Of a DNA stretch of 64,000 bases, positions 42,144 through 56,527 are shown piece after piece. The number at the start of each line of letters is the position of its first letter. Position 1 is the stretch's first letter. This DNA is from an uncultured Gemmatimonadaceae bacterium (lineage in GTDB: Bacteria > Gemmatimonadota > Gemmatimonadetes > Gemmatimonadales > Gemmatimonadaceae): NCBI GenBank assembly GCA_963751275.1, contig CAVVTZ010000007.1, positions 916,006 to 980,005 on the forward strand, given 5' to 3'. The notes below the pieces were generated by a model. It made no database searches and was not told where the DNA came from. It saw only the letters and a program-made list of their open reading frames with translations. The position numbers and the translations under genes were made by a program.

Positions 42144-43835
42144 ATGCCCTCCCGTTCGACCTCCATAGCCGCCTGGACCCTCGCGGCGCTCTTGTCCCTC
42201 GGCGCTCTCGCGCCCGTCTCCGCGCAGGACAAGGACTCGGCGCACGCCAAGCCTGCCCCGGACACCACCCAGCGCTACGGCCAACTTCCCGCGAAGTTCA
42301 CGATCATGGTGGGCGGCTTCCTCCCGGCGATCGCCTCGAAAGTGCAATTCTCCACCGCGCTCCTCGAGGGAAACGGGATCGATCTGGAGAAGCGTCTGGG
42401 GCTGCAGCCGACGACCCAGAACTTCGAGGCGGGGGCGACATTCCGACTGAGCAAGAAGCAGATGCTCACCTTCGACTATTTCCACCTGAACCGCGGCGCG
42501 AACAAGACGATCGAGGACAGCATCATCTTCGGCGGCAACGTCTATCACGCTGGCGCGACGATCAACACGACCACCGCGATGCAATACTACGGCATCCAGT
42601 ACCGCTACTACATCTGGCGCCGCGAGAAGTGGGAGTTCGGCGCGGGGCTCGGGATCGACGCCTTCAGCCTATCGGGGAAGCTCGGCATCAAGGCCACGGT
42701 CGAAGGGCAGTCCGACAGCCTGCAGAAGAGCGGCAGTTTCACCGCGCCGGCGCCGATGATCGGCCTCTACGGCGATTGGGAGCTCGTCCCGAAGCTGTTC
42801 CTGCGCGGCGATCTCCAGATGCTCTACATCAATAACGTGTCCGGATACGGCGGCTCGGTGACGGATGACCGCATCGCCGCCGAGTGGTTCCCCTTCCACA
42901 ACTACGGCTTCGGGCTGTCCTACCATTACGTCGGGCTCACCGCCAACAAGTTCTTCGACAACGGCGCCGAGCTCACCTACAAGTATGCGATCGAAGGGCC
43001 CTCGCTCTATCTGAAGGCGGCCTTCGGTGCGCCGTCGCCGGTAGCGCCGATCGTATCGAACGAGGTCCCGTATCCCGACAGCCTGCCGCGGTACGGAATG
43101 GTCCCGCACCCCTGGCAGTTCGCGATCGGCGGCTACGGGCCGGCGGTCAACTCGGACGCGCAATTCACCAATTCGTCGGGCACCTATCCCGGCATCGATC
43201 TCGAGAAGATCCTCAAGCTGCCGACGACCTCGAAGGACATCGATCTCCATGCGGCGTTCCAGTGGGGCGGGAGGAACATGCTGACGGCGGAGTACTTCAG
43301 CGTGGTGCGCAACGGCGAGAACACGATCGCCGACACGATCCACTTCGGCGACTCCACGTACGCGCCCGGCGTGACGCTGAGCTCCACGGCCAACTTCCAC
43401 TACGTCGGTCTCTCCTACCGCTACTACATCTGGCAGAAGGACTGGTGGCAGCTCGGCGCCGGGATCGGCATCGACTGGGTCGCGAGCGCGATGAGCTTCG
43501 GCATCGCGGGCCCTGAAGGGCATCGGACCTCGGTGAACGGCAGCGGGATCAGCGCGGCGGTGCCGCTGCTCGGCATCTACGCGGACTTCGCGCCCGCCTC
43601 CAACCTCTTCGTTCGCCTGCAAGGCGAACTGTTGCCCTTCAACATCGACAGCTACGCCGGCCACGTCACCGACGACCGGCTGAACCTCGAATGGTTCCCC
43701 TTCAAGAACTACGGCCTCGGACTCGGCTATCACTTCCTGAACGCCGACATCACGAAGACCCTGCGCAATGGCAATGCGGTGTCACTCGATTATCAGCTGA
43801 ACGGGCCGTTCCTGTATCTAACGGCGGCGTTCTGA
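42144..43835 (+). CDS. Outer-membrane protein with two tandem homologous beta-barrel-like domains
   Basis: Signal peptide; both halves share GIDLEK, YRYYIW, GAG.GID, VTDDR, EWFPF.NYG, GP.LYL.AAF. Confidence 0.75.
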   Translation: MPSRSTSIAAWTLAALLSLGALAPVSAQDKDSAHAKPAPDTTQRYGQLPAKFTIMVGGFLPAIASKVQFSTALLEGNGIDLEKRLGLQPTTQNFEAGATFRLSKKQMLTFDYFHLNRGANKTIEDSIIFGGNVYHAGATINTTTAMQYYGIQYRYYIWRREKWEFGAGLGIDAFSLSGKLGIKATVEGQSDSLQKSGSFTAPAPMIGLYGDWELVPKLFLRGDLQMLYINNVSGYGGSVTDDRIAAEWFPFHNYGFGLSYHYVGLTANKFFDNGAELTYKYAIEGPSLYLKAAFGAPSPVAPIVSNEVPYPDSLPRYGMVPHPWQFAIGGYGPAVNSDAQFTNSSGTYPGIDLEKILKLPTTSKDIDLHAAFQWGGRNMLTAEYFSVVRNGENTIADTIHFGDSTYAPGVTLSSTANFHYVGLSYRYYIWQKDWWQLGAGIGIDWVASAMSFGIAGPEGHRTSVNGSGISAAVPLLGIYADFAPASNLFVRLQGELLPFNIDSYAGHVTDDRLNLEWFPFKNYGLGLGYHFLNADITKTLRNGNAVSLDYQLNGPFLYLTAAF

Positions 43836-43867
43836 ACCACAGGCCTAGGCCTAGCGCCTAGGTCTGC

Positions 43868-44194
43868 TCAAGCGAACACCCGCCGCCGGGCCCGGATCTC
43901 CTTCTCGAGCCGGCCGCACATGATGTCGCAGAGGCGGAAGACGTCGGGATCGGCGAGCGTGTAGTACGTGCTGACGCCCTCCTTCCGCCGCTCGACGAAG
44001 CCGAGGCGGAGCAGGAGCTGCAGGTGCTTGGAGAGGTTGGCCTGGCTGAAGCCGGTCACGCGCACGAGGTCCGTGACATTGCGCTCGCCGCCGCGCAGGG
44101 CGCTCAGGATGTGGAGCCTCGTGGGTTCGCCGAGGACGCGGAAGCGGTCGGCGATCAATTCCAGCTGCGCGGGGGACATCGCCCTGGACGTCAT
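43868..44194 (-). CDS. ArsR/SmtB family transcriptional regulator
   Basis: FRVLGEPTRLHIL, SQANLSKHL, RRKEG, C-terminal LCDIMC. Confidence 0.92.
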   Translation of the reverse strand: MTSRAMSPAQLELIADRFRVLGEPTRLHILSALRGGERNVTDLVRVTGFSQANLSKHLQLLLRLGFVERRKEGVSTYYTLADPDVFRLCDIMCGRLEKEIRARRRVFA

Positions 44195-44272
44195 GCGCCC
44201 TCCCTGGGTGACTGTATGGTCATGTAGCAAAGTGTGAGGCGCCGGCGCACCGCACAAGCGGCCGGCCGGCAC

Positions 44273-44305
44273 TTGCATATATGCTTATATGGTTATATAG
44301 TAATA
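44273..44305 (+). promoter_or_regulatory. Sigma70-like promoter with probable ArsR operator
   Basis: TTGCAT(44273)-N17-TATAGT(44296) in an AT-rich patch with repeated TATAT. Confidence 0.7.
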
Positions 44306-44373
44306 CAGTGGATGCGGCAACGGGAGCCCATTCGCGGAACGCCCAACCTCCCGGCCGGAACACGGAGCGCCAC

Positions 44374-44574
44374 ATGCAGATCAACACGGCAGGCTGGGAG
44401 CGCGCCCTGCGCGTCCTCCTCGGCGTCACGCTGCTCATCCTCGGCTGGGGCGGATTCGTCACCGGCACCCTCGGTCTCATCTTCAAGATCGGCGGGTTCG
44501 TTCCCCTGCTCACCGGCGCGGTCGGCGTCTGCCCGCTCTATTCCCTGTTCCATTTCAGCACCAAGCGTGCTTAG
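44374..44574 (+). CDS. DUF2892 (YgaP-like) membrane protein
   Basis: ERALRVLLG, PLLTG..GVCPLY..ST. Confidence 0.88.
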   Translation: MQINTAGWERALRVLLGVTLLILGWGGFVTGTLGLIFKIGGFVPLLTGAVGVCPLYSLFHFSTKRA

Positions 44575-45940
44575 CTCCCGCCGCGCCGTCCGGCGCGCGC
44601 TGCTCGCGATCGGGATCGCTGCGGCCGCCGCGCCGCGCGGCGCCGCGGCGCAGGCGCTCACGCTCGGCGACGCCTTCGAGATCGCCGGGCAGAACGCCTA
44701 TCCCGTGCGCATCGCGCGCGGGCAGAGCGACGCCAGCGCCGGACAGTCCACTGCGGCGCTGCGCGGCATCCTCCCCACCTTCCGCGTGGAGGGAAGTTAC
44801 CTGCGCACCACCGACCCGCTGAACGCCTTCGGCTTCACGCTCAAACAGCGAGCCGTGACGCTGGCGTCGTTCAACCCCGCGTCGCTGAACTATCCCGCCG
44901 CGATCGGCAATGTCGGCACGGGGCTCGTCATGGAGCTCCCGATCTTCAACGCCGACGCGTGGCTCTCCCGGAGCGCGGCGGTCGATGCCCGCTCCGCCGC
45001 CGCGGCCGCCGAGCAGTGGAGCCGGGCGTCCGCGGCCTACGATGTCGCGCGCGCCTACTATGGTGCGGTGCTCGCCACCGAACAGGTGGCGACGCTCGAT
45101 TCCGCGTTCGCCGCCGCGCGCGCGCACGTGAAGCAGGCCGAATCCCTGCTGCGCAACGGCGCGGTCACGCGTTCCGATGCGCTGATCGCGAGCGTGAAGG
45201 CCGGCGACGCCGAGATCGCGCTGATCAGCGCGCGTGCGGACGTGGCGATCGCGCGCGAACGCCTGGCCATGGCGCTCGGTACGCCGCGCGACACGACGTT
45301 CATTCTCCCCGCGGCACTGCCGTCCCTCGAGCGGGTCCGCCTCCTGGCCGAACTCGCCGCGACGGATACGCTCGGCGGGCCGCACCGCGCGGACGTGCAG
45401 GCGGCCGACTACGCGCGTACGGCCGCTGCCGCCGACGTCAGCCGGGCGAAGTCGCTGTACATCCCGACCGTGAATTCCATTGGCCGTCTCGACTGGAACA
45501 CCGCCACCACGCCCTTCGGCGGCACCGACAGCTGGACGGTGGGCCTGATGGTGAGCTGGTCGCCGTTCGCGGGCGCGTCGCAGATCGGCGACGTCCAAAT
45601 GGCACAGGGGCGCAGCCAGGCCGCGTCGGCGGCCGCCGAGGCCGTTTCGGCGCAGGCGCGCATCGAGCTGCAGCAGGCCGACCAGGCACTGATGGTCGCG
45701 CAGGCGCGCCTCGGCATCGCCGAGCGCTCCGTGGCGCAGAGCGTGGAAGCGCACCGCATCGTGAGCCGGAAATACGATGGCGGCATCGCGACCGTGAGCG
45801 AGCTGTTCGACGCCGCCGCGGTGGAGACGCAAGCGCGGCTCGGCGCCGCGAACGCGCGATACCAGGCGATCCTCGCCGCCGCCGGCCGTCTCCACGCGCT
45901 GGGGCTCGCGCTCACGCCGCTCACCGAGCTCGACAAGTGA
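44567..45940 (+). CDS. TolC-family outer-membrane efflux protein
   Basis: Signal peptide; LPIFN, ARAYY, YDGG.AT..EL. Confidence 0.85.
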   Translation: MLSSRRAVRRALLAIGIAAAAAPRGAAAQALTLGDAFEIAGQNAYPVRIARGQSDASAGQSTAALRGILPTFRVEGSYLRTTDPLNAFGFTLKQRAVTLASFNPASLNYPAAIGNVGTGLVMELPIFNADAWLSRSAAVDARSAAAAAEQWSRASAAYDVARAYYGAVLATEQVATLDSAFAAARAHVKQAESLLRNGAVTRSDALIASVKAGDAEIALISARADVAIARERLAMALGTPRDTTFILPAALPSLERVRLLAELAATDTLGGPHRADVQAADYARTAAAADVSRAKSLYIPTVNSIGRLDWNTATTPFGGTDSWTVGLMVSWSPFAGASQIGDVQMAQGRSQAASAAAEAVSAQARIELQQADQALMVAQARLGIAERSVAQSVEAHRIVSRKYDGGIATVSELFDAAAVETQARLGAANARYQAILAAAGRLHALGLALTPLTELDK

Positions 45941-45965
45941 ACCGCACACTCAACCGGACGCTGCC

Positions 45966-47000
45966 ATGATCCGCCTTCGCCATTCGCTCCCCTTGCTCGT
46001 GCTCACGGCCGCCGCGTGCCGGTCCGAAGTACCGGCCGACGCGCACGCTGCGCCGTCGGCCCTGCCGGCCAACGTGACGATCACCGTCCGTGATACGGTG
46101 CTGCCCGTGACTGTCGAGGCGAGCGGGATCGCCGCGCCGGTGCGCGAGGCGACGCTGTCCACCAAGCTGATGGGGAGCATCACCGAGGTGCTGGTGCACG
46201 AGGGGCAGGTGGTGAGCGCCGGTGAGGTGCTCGCGCGGATCGATGCGCGCGACATCGCGGCCAAGGGCGCGCAGGCCGACGCCGGGATCGCGCAGGCGGA
46301 AGCGTCGTACAAGGATGCGCTGGCCCAGACGGAACGCGTCCGCGCGCTGTACGCGGACAGCGCCGCGCCGAAGGCGATGCTCGACGATGCGGAGGCCGGA
46401 TTGGCGCGCGCGGAGGCGGGCGTGCGGGCCGCGCGCGGCGCCGGCGCCGAGGTGCAGGCGGTGCGCGCCTACGCGGACGTGCGCGCGCCATTCAATGGGG
46501 TCATCACCAAGCGTTTCGTCGATCCGGGCGCGTTCGTCGCACCGGGGTCGCCGGTGGTGGCGATCCAGGACGCGTCGCGCCTCCGGATCAGCGCGAGCGT
46601 GGCGCCATCGGAAGTGCGGCACGTGGCGCGCGGCGCGCACCTCTCGGCGAGCGTGGAAGGGCAGGCGGCCATCGCGATCGTCGAGGGCGTCGTGCCCGCG
46701 GCGGGCGGCGCGCTGTACACGGTGAATGCGATCGTCGATAACGCCGCGCTCCGTTTCCAGTCGGGCGGCTCGGCGGTGCTGCTGCTGCCGCAGGGGGAAC
46801 GGCCGATGCTGCTGGTGCCCGTGGCCGCGATCGTGCGGGAGGGCGATCTCACCGGCGTGCGCCTGCGCGCGGCCAATGGGTCGTCGGGGCTGCGATGGCT
46901 GCGGATCGGGCGCGAGTCGGACGGACACGTCGAAGTCCTGTCCGGCCTCCGCGCCGGCGACGTGGTGGTGATCCCGCCCGCGATCTCCGTGGAGCGCTGA
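45966..47000 (+). CDS. RND periplasmic adaptor (MFP)
   Basis: Lipobox AAAC; GSITEVLVHEG, VRAPFNGVI, VEVLSGL. Confidence 0.9.
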   Translation: MIRLRHSLPLLVLTAAACRSEVPADAHAAPSALPANVTITVRDTVLPVTVEASGIAAPVREATLSTKLMGSITEVLVHEGQVVSAGEVLARIDARDIAAKGAQADAGIAQAEASYKDALAQTERVRALYADSAAPKAMLDDAEAGLARAEAGVRAARGAGAEVQAVRAYADVRAPFNGVITKRFVDPGAFVAPGSPVVAIQDASRLRISASVAPSEVRHVARGAHLSASVEGQAAIAIVEGVVPAAGGALYTVNAIVDNAALRFQSGGSAVLLLPQGERPMLLVPVAAIVREGDLTGVRLRAANGSSGLRWLRIGRESDGHVEVLSGLRAGDVVVIPPAISVER

Positions 47001-47002
47001 GC

Positions 47003-50164
<3,162 letters not shown>

Positions 50165-50168
<4 letters not shown>

Positions 50169-50455
50169 AGCTGCTGCTGATCATCTACAGCGGGAGCCGG
50201 CCCGCGCTCGTGCCGGAGTTGCTGGAGCACGAGGGCGTGCACGGCTACACCGAAATGGGCGGTGCGCACGGAGCGGGCAGCACCGGCAAACGGGAGGGAA
50301 CGCGCGCGTGGCCGGGCGAAGCGTCGGTGTTCTTCTCGATGGTGTCCGACGAACACGTCGCCGCGCTCACCGCCACGATCCGCGAGCGCGCCGCGCACGC
50401 CGTTCCCGGCGAGCGGCTGCACGTGGCGCAGATGCCCGTCGAACGATTCTTCTAG
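50165..50455 (+). CDS. PII-like (PG0541-type) transporter-associated protein
   Basis: 96 aa; GYTE..AHGAGSTG..GT.AWPG; ends PVERFF; ATGA overlap with the RND gene. Confidence 0.75.
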
Positions 50456-50464
50456 GAGGCTCCC

Positions 50465-50668
50465 ATGTGCGACCCCAAGATCATCATCCGTTTCGGTTCC
50501 ATCTTCGTGCTCGTCTCACTCGCCCTGGGTTGGTTCGTGAGCCCGTGGTTCTTCCTCTTCACCGCGTTCGTGGGCCTGAACCTCCTGCAGTCCACGTTCA
50601 CGGGCTGGTGCCCGCTGAACTGGATCCTGGGATCGTTCGGGGTGTTGGGGTGCCGGAAGCCGGAGTGA
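50465..50668 (+). CDS. DUF2892 membrane protein
   Basis: FTAFVGLNLLQSTFTGWCP. Confidence 0.88.
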   Translation: MCDPKIIIRFGSIFVLVSLALGWFVSPWFFLFTAFVGLNLLQSTFTGWCPLNWILGSFGVLGCRKPE

Positions 50669-50680
50669 CGACCCGGCGCG

Positions 50681-53310
50681 TCATTCAGCTCGCAGCGTGA
50701 TCCCCGGATCCACGCGCGCGGCTCGCCACGCGGGGAGCCAGCAGGCGAGCGCCGCGACGGCGAGCAGCAGGATGCTCACGCCGAGATAGGTCGCGGGGTC
50801 GAGCGGCGAGACGCCGAAGAGCAATGTCGAGAGGGCGCGGCTCGCGGCCACGGCGCCGGCGAGGCCGATCAGCGCTCCGGCCGCCGCGAGGGTCATCCCC
50901 TGGCGCAAGATGAGATTGCGGATCTCACCGCGTGATGCGCCGAGCGCGGCGCGCACGCCGATCTCGCGCGTGCGCTCGGTCACGCTGCCCGAGAGCACGC
51001 CGTAGATCCCGGCCGCGGCGAGCACCAGCGCGACGATCGCGAACGCGGTGAAGAGGATCATTGCGAACCGGCGCTCGGCGCCGCTCCGCTCGAGCAGCGA
51101 CGACATCGTCGCGACGCGCGCGACCGGCTGGTCCTCGTCCACGGACCGGATCGCCGCGCGGATCGCCGGCGCCATCGACGCCGGATCGCCGCGCGTGCGC
51201 GCGACGATCGACACCGTGCGGTCGGCGAACCACGATTGCTCCGGCGTCATGTACACGGCGTCCGAGCGCGGCGCAGCGAGCGATTGCTGCTTCACGTCGC
51301 CCACGACGCCTACTATGGTATACCACGGCCGGTCGGTGGGCCCGACGTGCACGCGCCGGCCGAGGGGATTTATGCCGGGGAATTTTCGGTGCGCATACGA
51401 CTCGTTGATGAGCACCGCGCCGGGCGCCGATGTCCCGTCGCGCGCGTCGAGCATCCGGCCGCTGCGCAGCGGGATGCCCATCGTCTCCAGATAGCCGGGG
51501 CTCACCGCGTAGCGGTACGCCTGCGCGTCCTCGCCGGGCGCGAGGTCGGCCTCCAGGTGGACGCCGTACACGTCATCGTCGCCGCTGAGCGGCAGCTGGC
51601 TGGTGGAGGCGGCACTCGTCACACCGGGCACCTGGCGCACGGCCTCGAGCATGCGCGCGAACAGCTGGTACGTCGCGCTGTCGCGATCGTACCGGCGGCC
51701 CACGGTCTGCACCTGCATCGAGATCACGTGCGACGGCTCGAAGCCCGGCGGCACGGCGAAGAACCGCTCGAGCGTGCGCAGCATCAGCCCCGACGCCACG
51801 AGCAGCACGAGCGCGAGCGCCACCTCGGCCACCACGAGCGCGCGGCGCATGCGGTGGTGGCCGCCGGCGGTGCGGCGCGAGGCCTGTTGCAGGCCGCTCT
51901 GCACGCCGCTGCGCGCCACGCGCAGCGCCGGCACCAACCCGAAGGCGAAGGCCACAGCAGTGGTGAGCGCGAAGCCGAAGGCGAACACCGGGCCGTCCAT
52001 CGCGATGCGGTCCGCCATCGGGAGTCCGGGCGGACTGAGCGCGATCACGGCGCGCACGCCGCTCTGCGCGAGCAGGAGGCCCAGTGCGCCGCCCAGCGCC
52101 GCGAGGAGCAGGCTCTCGGTGAGCAGCTGGCGCACCAGGCGCGTGCGGCCGGCGCCGAGCGCGGCGCGCATGGCGAATTCTCCACGGCGCTGCACGCCGC
52201 GCGCGAGCAGCAGGTTCATCACGTTCACGCAGGCGATGATGAGCACGAGGAGCGCCGCGCCGAGCACGGCGAAGAGGACGGGGCGCACGCCGCGCGTCAT
52301 CTCGTCCTGCATGGCGCCGACGCCCTGCGCCGGATGGCCGAACGCCTGCGGCTGCTTCAGGACGAGCGATCGCGCGATGCCGTTGAGATCGTCGCGCGCG
52401 AGGGCGACGGTCGTACCGGCCTTGAGCCGGCCGATGGTGTGCAGGTGGTGCCCCCACGCGCTGGGCATTGTCATGTCGTATTGCAGCGGCGTCCAGAGTT
52501 CGGCCCCGGGCGCCGGCGCGTTCACCATGCCGCGCGGCATCACGCCTACCACGGTGTAGGCGCTGTCGTCGAGCGTGATGAGGCGGCCGACGATCGCGGG
52601 ATCGGCGCCGTAGCGCCGGCGCCACAGCGCATCGCTGAGGATCGCGACGGCCGGGCCGTGCAGACGATCATCGGCCTCGGCGAGATCGCGGCCGAGCGCC
52701 GGCGCAATGCCGAGCGCACGGAAGTACGCCGCGCTCACCCTCTGCCCTTCGAGCCGTTCCGGCTCCGCGATGCCGGTGGCGGTGGGCTGCCACGGTTTGT
52801 AGACCGCAATGGCGTCGAAAGTGTGATTGCGCGCGGCGAGCTCGGTGTACGTCGCGAAGGTGCCCATCTGATGTGTGCCGTCGCCGCCGGCGTCCCAGAT
52901 CGTCACCACGCGCTCGGGGTGCGGATACGGCAGCGGCCGGAAGAGGATCGGGATCCACCGCACTGAAGATCGTGGCGGTGGAGCCGACGCCCAGCGCGAG
53001 CGTGAGCACGGTGACCGCGGTGAAGCCGGGGGAGCGCCGCAGCTGGCGCGCGCCGTGGCGCAGATCGGCGAAGAAGGTGGAGACGATGTTCTCCCAGCCG
53101 TACGCGCGCACGTCCTCGCGCATCATCGGTCTCGTTGCCGGCCTCGAGACGCGCGGCGCGGCGCGCGTCCTCCGGCGAGAGGCCGCGCGCGCGAAGATCC
53201 GCGGCGGCGCGTTCCAGATAGTCCGCGACCTCGTCGCCCACGTCGCGGTCGGCGGCGCGGCGCCGCGTGAGCACGCGCAGGCCGCCGGTGAGCTGGCGCC
53301 AGAGCGACAC
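50681..53310 (-). CDS. Duplicated orphan ABC (MacB/FtsX-type) permease, frameshifted
   Basis: [60 protein letters not shown]. Confidence 0.9.
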
Positions 53311-53314
53311 GCGC

Positions 53315-53650
53315 TCAGCCCTCCGTCCTGAGGAGCAAGGCGACCGCCGCGGTGCGGCGCGTCCACTCGGCGGTCTCGTGCTCGAGCTGGCGGCGGCCGG
53401 ACCGCGTGAGGGAGTAGACGCGCGCGCGGCGCGAATTCTCGGTGGTGCGCCACGCGGCGTCGAGCCAGCCGGCGCGCTCGAGCCGCTGCAGGGCGGTGAG
53501 CAGGGAGCCGGGGTTCACCTTGAACACGCCGCGCGAGATCTGCTCGATGCGGCGCGCGATCCCGAACCCGTGCATCGGCTCGAGACTGAGGGTCTTGAGG
53601 ATGAGCAGGTCGAGCGTGCCCTGGATGACGTCGGTGTTCGGCTGGTCCAT
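53315..53650 (-). CDS. PadR family transcriptional regulator
   Basis: [33 protein letters not shown]. Confidence 0.92.
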   Translation of the reverse strand: MDQPNTDVIQGTLDLLILKTLSLEPMHGFGIARRIEQISRGVFKVNPGSLLTALQRLERAGWLDAAWRTTENSRRARVYSLTRSGRRQLEHETAEWTRRTAAVALLLRTEG

Positions 53651-53704
53651 GCGCCGATGATAGCCGGGCTACATCTTGGTTGTCAAGAGGTGACGGTCAA
53701 TATG

Positions 53705-53812
53705 AACGGCCGGGAACCGATGACCGGGAACCGATGAGGCATGACCATGCATGGCATCAACGGCATGTATGGTCATGCCTCATCGGTTCCCGGTCATCGG
53801 TTCCCGGCTGTT
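53705..53812. repeat. Palindrome with 49-bp arms containing tandem CCGGGAACCGATGA
   Basis: 53705-53753 vs reverse complement of 53764-53812, 2 mismatches, 10-nt loop. Confidence 0.95.
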
Positions 53813-53834
53813 GGCAGTGATGCGGCTCGCGGAA

Positions 53835-56283
53835 CTATTGCGCGCGTAAAGCGACGCCCGGTTCGATGCGCGCCGCGCGGATCGCCGGAATCCAGCACGC
53901 GGCGATCCCCACGAGGGCCATGAGCACCGCCACCGCGCCGAGCGTCACGGGATCGTGCGGCGCGACGCCGAAGAGGAGTCCCGTCATGAGACGGGCGAGC
54001 GAGAGCGATCCGGCGACGCCGATCGCGAGGCCGGCGATCACGAGCAGGCCGCCTTCCGAAAGGATCATCCGTTGCACTCTGCCGGAATCGGCGCCCAGGC
54101 TCATCCGGATGCCGATCTCGTTCGTGCGCGCGCTCACCGAGAAGATGAGTACGGCGCCGATGCCGATCGTCGCGAGGACGAGCGCGAGGACGCCGAACGA
54201 TGCCACGAGCACGGCGTTGAGCCGGCGCGGCGCGACGCTCTCATCGCGGATCTGGTCGATCGTCATCACGTGCTCGATCGGCTGGTCGGGCGCGAGGCCG
54301 CGCACGATGCGCGTCGCGGCGGGGCCGACGGCGGCGGCGTCGCCCTTCGCGCGGATCACGAGGCCTCCGGAGGGGAAATCGCTCTGGGCGAACGGGATGA
54401 ACACCACCGGCAGTGCCGCCGCATCGAGCCCGCCATCCTTCGTATTGCCGACCACGCCCACCACGGTGCGCCAGTCGCCGGAAATGCCGACGAACTTGAG
54501 CACGTCGCCCGTCCAGGCGATGCGGCGGCCCACGGCATCCTGCCCGGGGAAGAGCAGGTTCGCGAGCGTCTTGTTGATCACCACCACCATCGGCGACGCG
54601 GGCACGGGGCCGTCGTTCGCCGTGAACTCACGCCCCGCGATGAGCGGAATGCCGGCCGCCTTGAAGTAATCGGGATTCGCGGTGCGGTACTCCGACTGCG
54701 GCGCCGGCTCGCCCGGCGGCACCTCGTGCCCCTCGCCCTTCACGTCGAGCAGGAAGCCCGCCGCGCGCAGCGGCATCGTCGATCCGATCCCGACCTGTGT
54801 GACGCCCGGCAGCGCCGCGAGCTGGCTCTGCATCTGCTCGTAGCGCGCGACCACGGCGCTCTTGTCCTTGTAGTTGAAATCGTGCGGCACTTCCATCGTG
54901 AGCACGTGCCCGGCGTCGAGGCCATTGTCCACGCGCTGCAGCTGCAGCATCGTGCGCGTGAGCAGCCCCGCGCCGGTGAGCAGGATCACGGAGACGGCGA
55001 TCTGCGCGACCACCAGCGACTGTTGCAGCCGCTGGCGCCGCACGCCGCCGCTGGCGCGCTTGCCGCCCTGCGCCAGCGCGGCGCCCAGGCCGTTCTCGCG
55101 CGCGAGCGTGGGCGCGTACGACAACAGCACCGCCACGAACACCGCGAGCAGGAAGGCGAAGCCGAGCACCATGCCGTCCACGCGGATCTCGCCCGCGCGC
55201 GGGCTGTAGCGCTGCGCGAAGCGCGATCAGCATCTGCACGCCGGCGAAGGCGATCACCAGCCCGAGCGCCGCGCCGATCAGCGCCAGCAGGAGATTCTCG
55301 GCCAGCAGCAGCCGGCGCAGCCGCTTCGTGCCGGCGCCGAGCGCCGCGCGCACCACGAGCTCGTGCTCGCGCCGCACGCCGCGCATGAGCGTGAGATTCG
55401 CGACGTTCGCGCAGGCGATCACGAGCACGAACGCGGCCGCGCCCATCAGCAGCCAGAGCGTGAGCCGCGCCTTCTCGCCGAGGATTTCGTGAAACGGGGT
55501 GAGCGTCACTCGATAGTTGGAGGCGGGATCGTACGCCTCGGGATAGTCGGCGTGCACGCGCTTCGTGATGTCGCGCACTTCCGCGCGCGCCTGCTCCACC
55601 GTGGCGCCCGGCGCGAGGCGCGCGATCATCTGCGTCATGCGGTGCGTGCGCCCCTGGATCATGGTGGCGCTCAGGTGATGCTCGCTGTTCACCATGTTCA
55701 TGAGCGCATCGATGCGCACGGGGAAGTACGGCGCGGGCTGCAGCACGCCGACGACCATCACCGGCTTGCCGCCGATGTTCAACGTTCTCCCCGACGATGG
55801 AACTGTCGCCGCCGAAGTGCTGCATCCAGTACGCGTACGTGAACATCACCACCGGCGCCGCGCCGCGGCCGTCATCGCGGCTGTCGAACGGGCGGCCGAG
55901 CACCGGCGCGAGTCCCATCACGGTGAAGTAATTCCCGGTCACGAGGCCGACGTCGAGCTCACCGCATCGTGGTCGCTCTGGAGCGTGAGCGTGAAGGGCG
56001 AGTACTCGGCGATCCCGCCGAGCGTCTTGGAGGCCTCGCGGAAGTCGTTGATCTCGGGCACGGAGAAGGCGACGTCCTCGCGGCCGGGGCCGTCGGCGCT
56101 CTGGCGCAGGTACATCAGGCGGTCGCCGTCGCGGTTGGGCAGCGGGCGCAGCATCACGCCGCGCACCACGCTGAAGATCGCCGTGTTCGCGCCAATGCCG
56201 AGGCCGAGCGTGAGGACGACGGCGAAGGTGAAGCCGCGCGCGTTGAGCAGGCTGCGGGCCGCGAATTTGAGGTCGTTCAGCAT
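53835..56283 (-). CDS. Duplicated orphan ABC permease, frameshifted
   Basis: DLKFAARSL..GIGANTAIFS, IACANVANL, RTNEIGIRMSLGA in successive frames. Confidence 0.88.
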
Positions 56284-56382
56284 TCGTGATACCCAGCGAG
56301 GGGGGAGCGCCGAGGGATGATCCTAAGCAAAATCGCGTTTCGCTCGTGATTGTCAACGGGGCGCATTGGCCGATCGAACCAG

Positions 56383-56511
56383 AACAAACTGCTTTGACAG
56401 GATTACAGGATGAACAGGATTGACAGGATGACTGCCGCGCAACGGATACCGTTGTGCGGCAGTCATCCTGTCAATCCTGTTCATCCTGTAATCCTGTCAA
56501 AGCAGTTTGTT
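56383..56511. repeat. Gene-less palindromic element (CAGGAT family, copy D)
   Basis: 63-bp arms, one mismatch, ATA loop; four ACAGGAT units per arm. Confidence 0.97.
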
Positions 56512-56527
56512 GTTCTTCGATGGCCCC

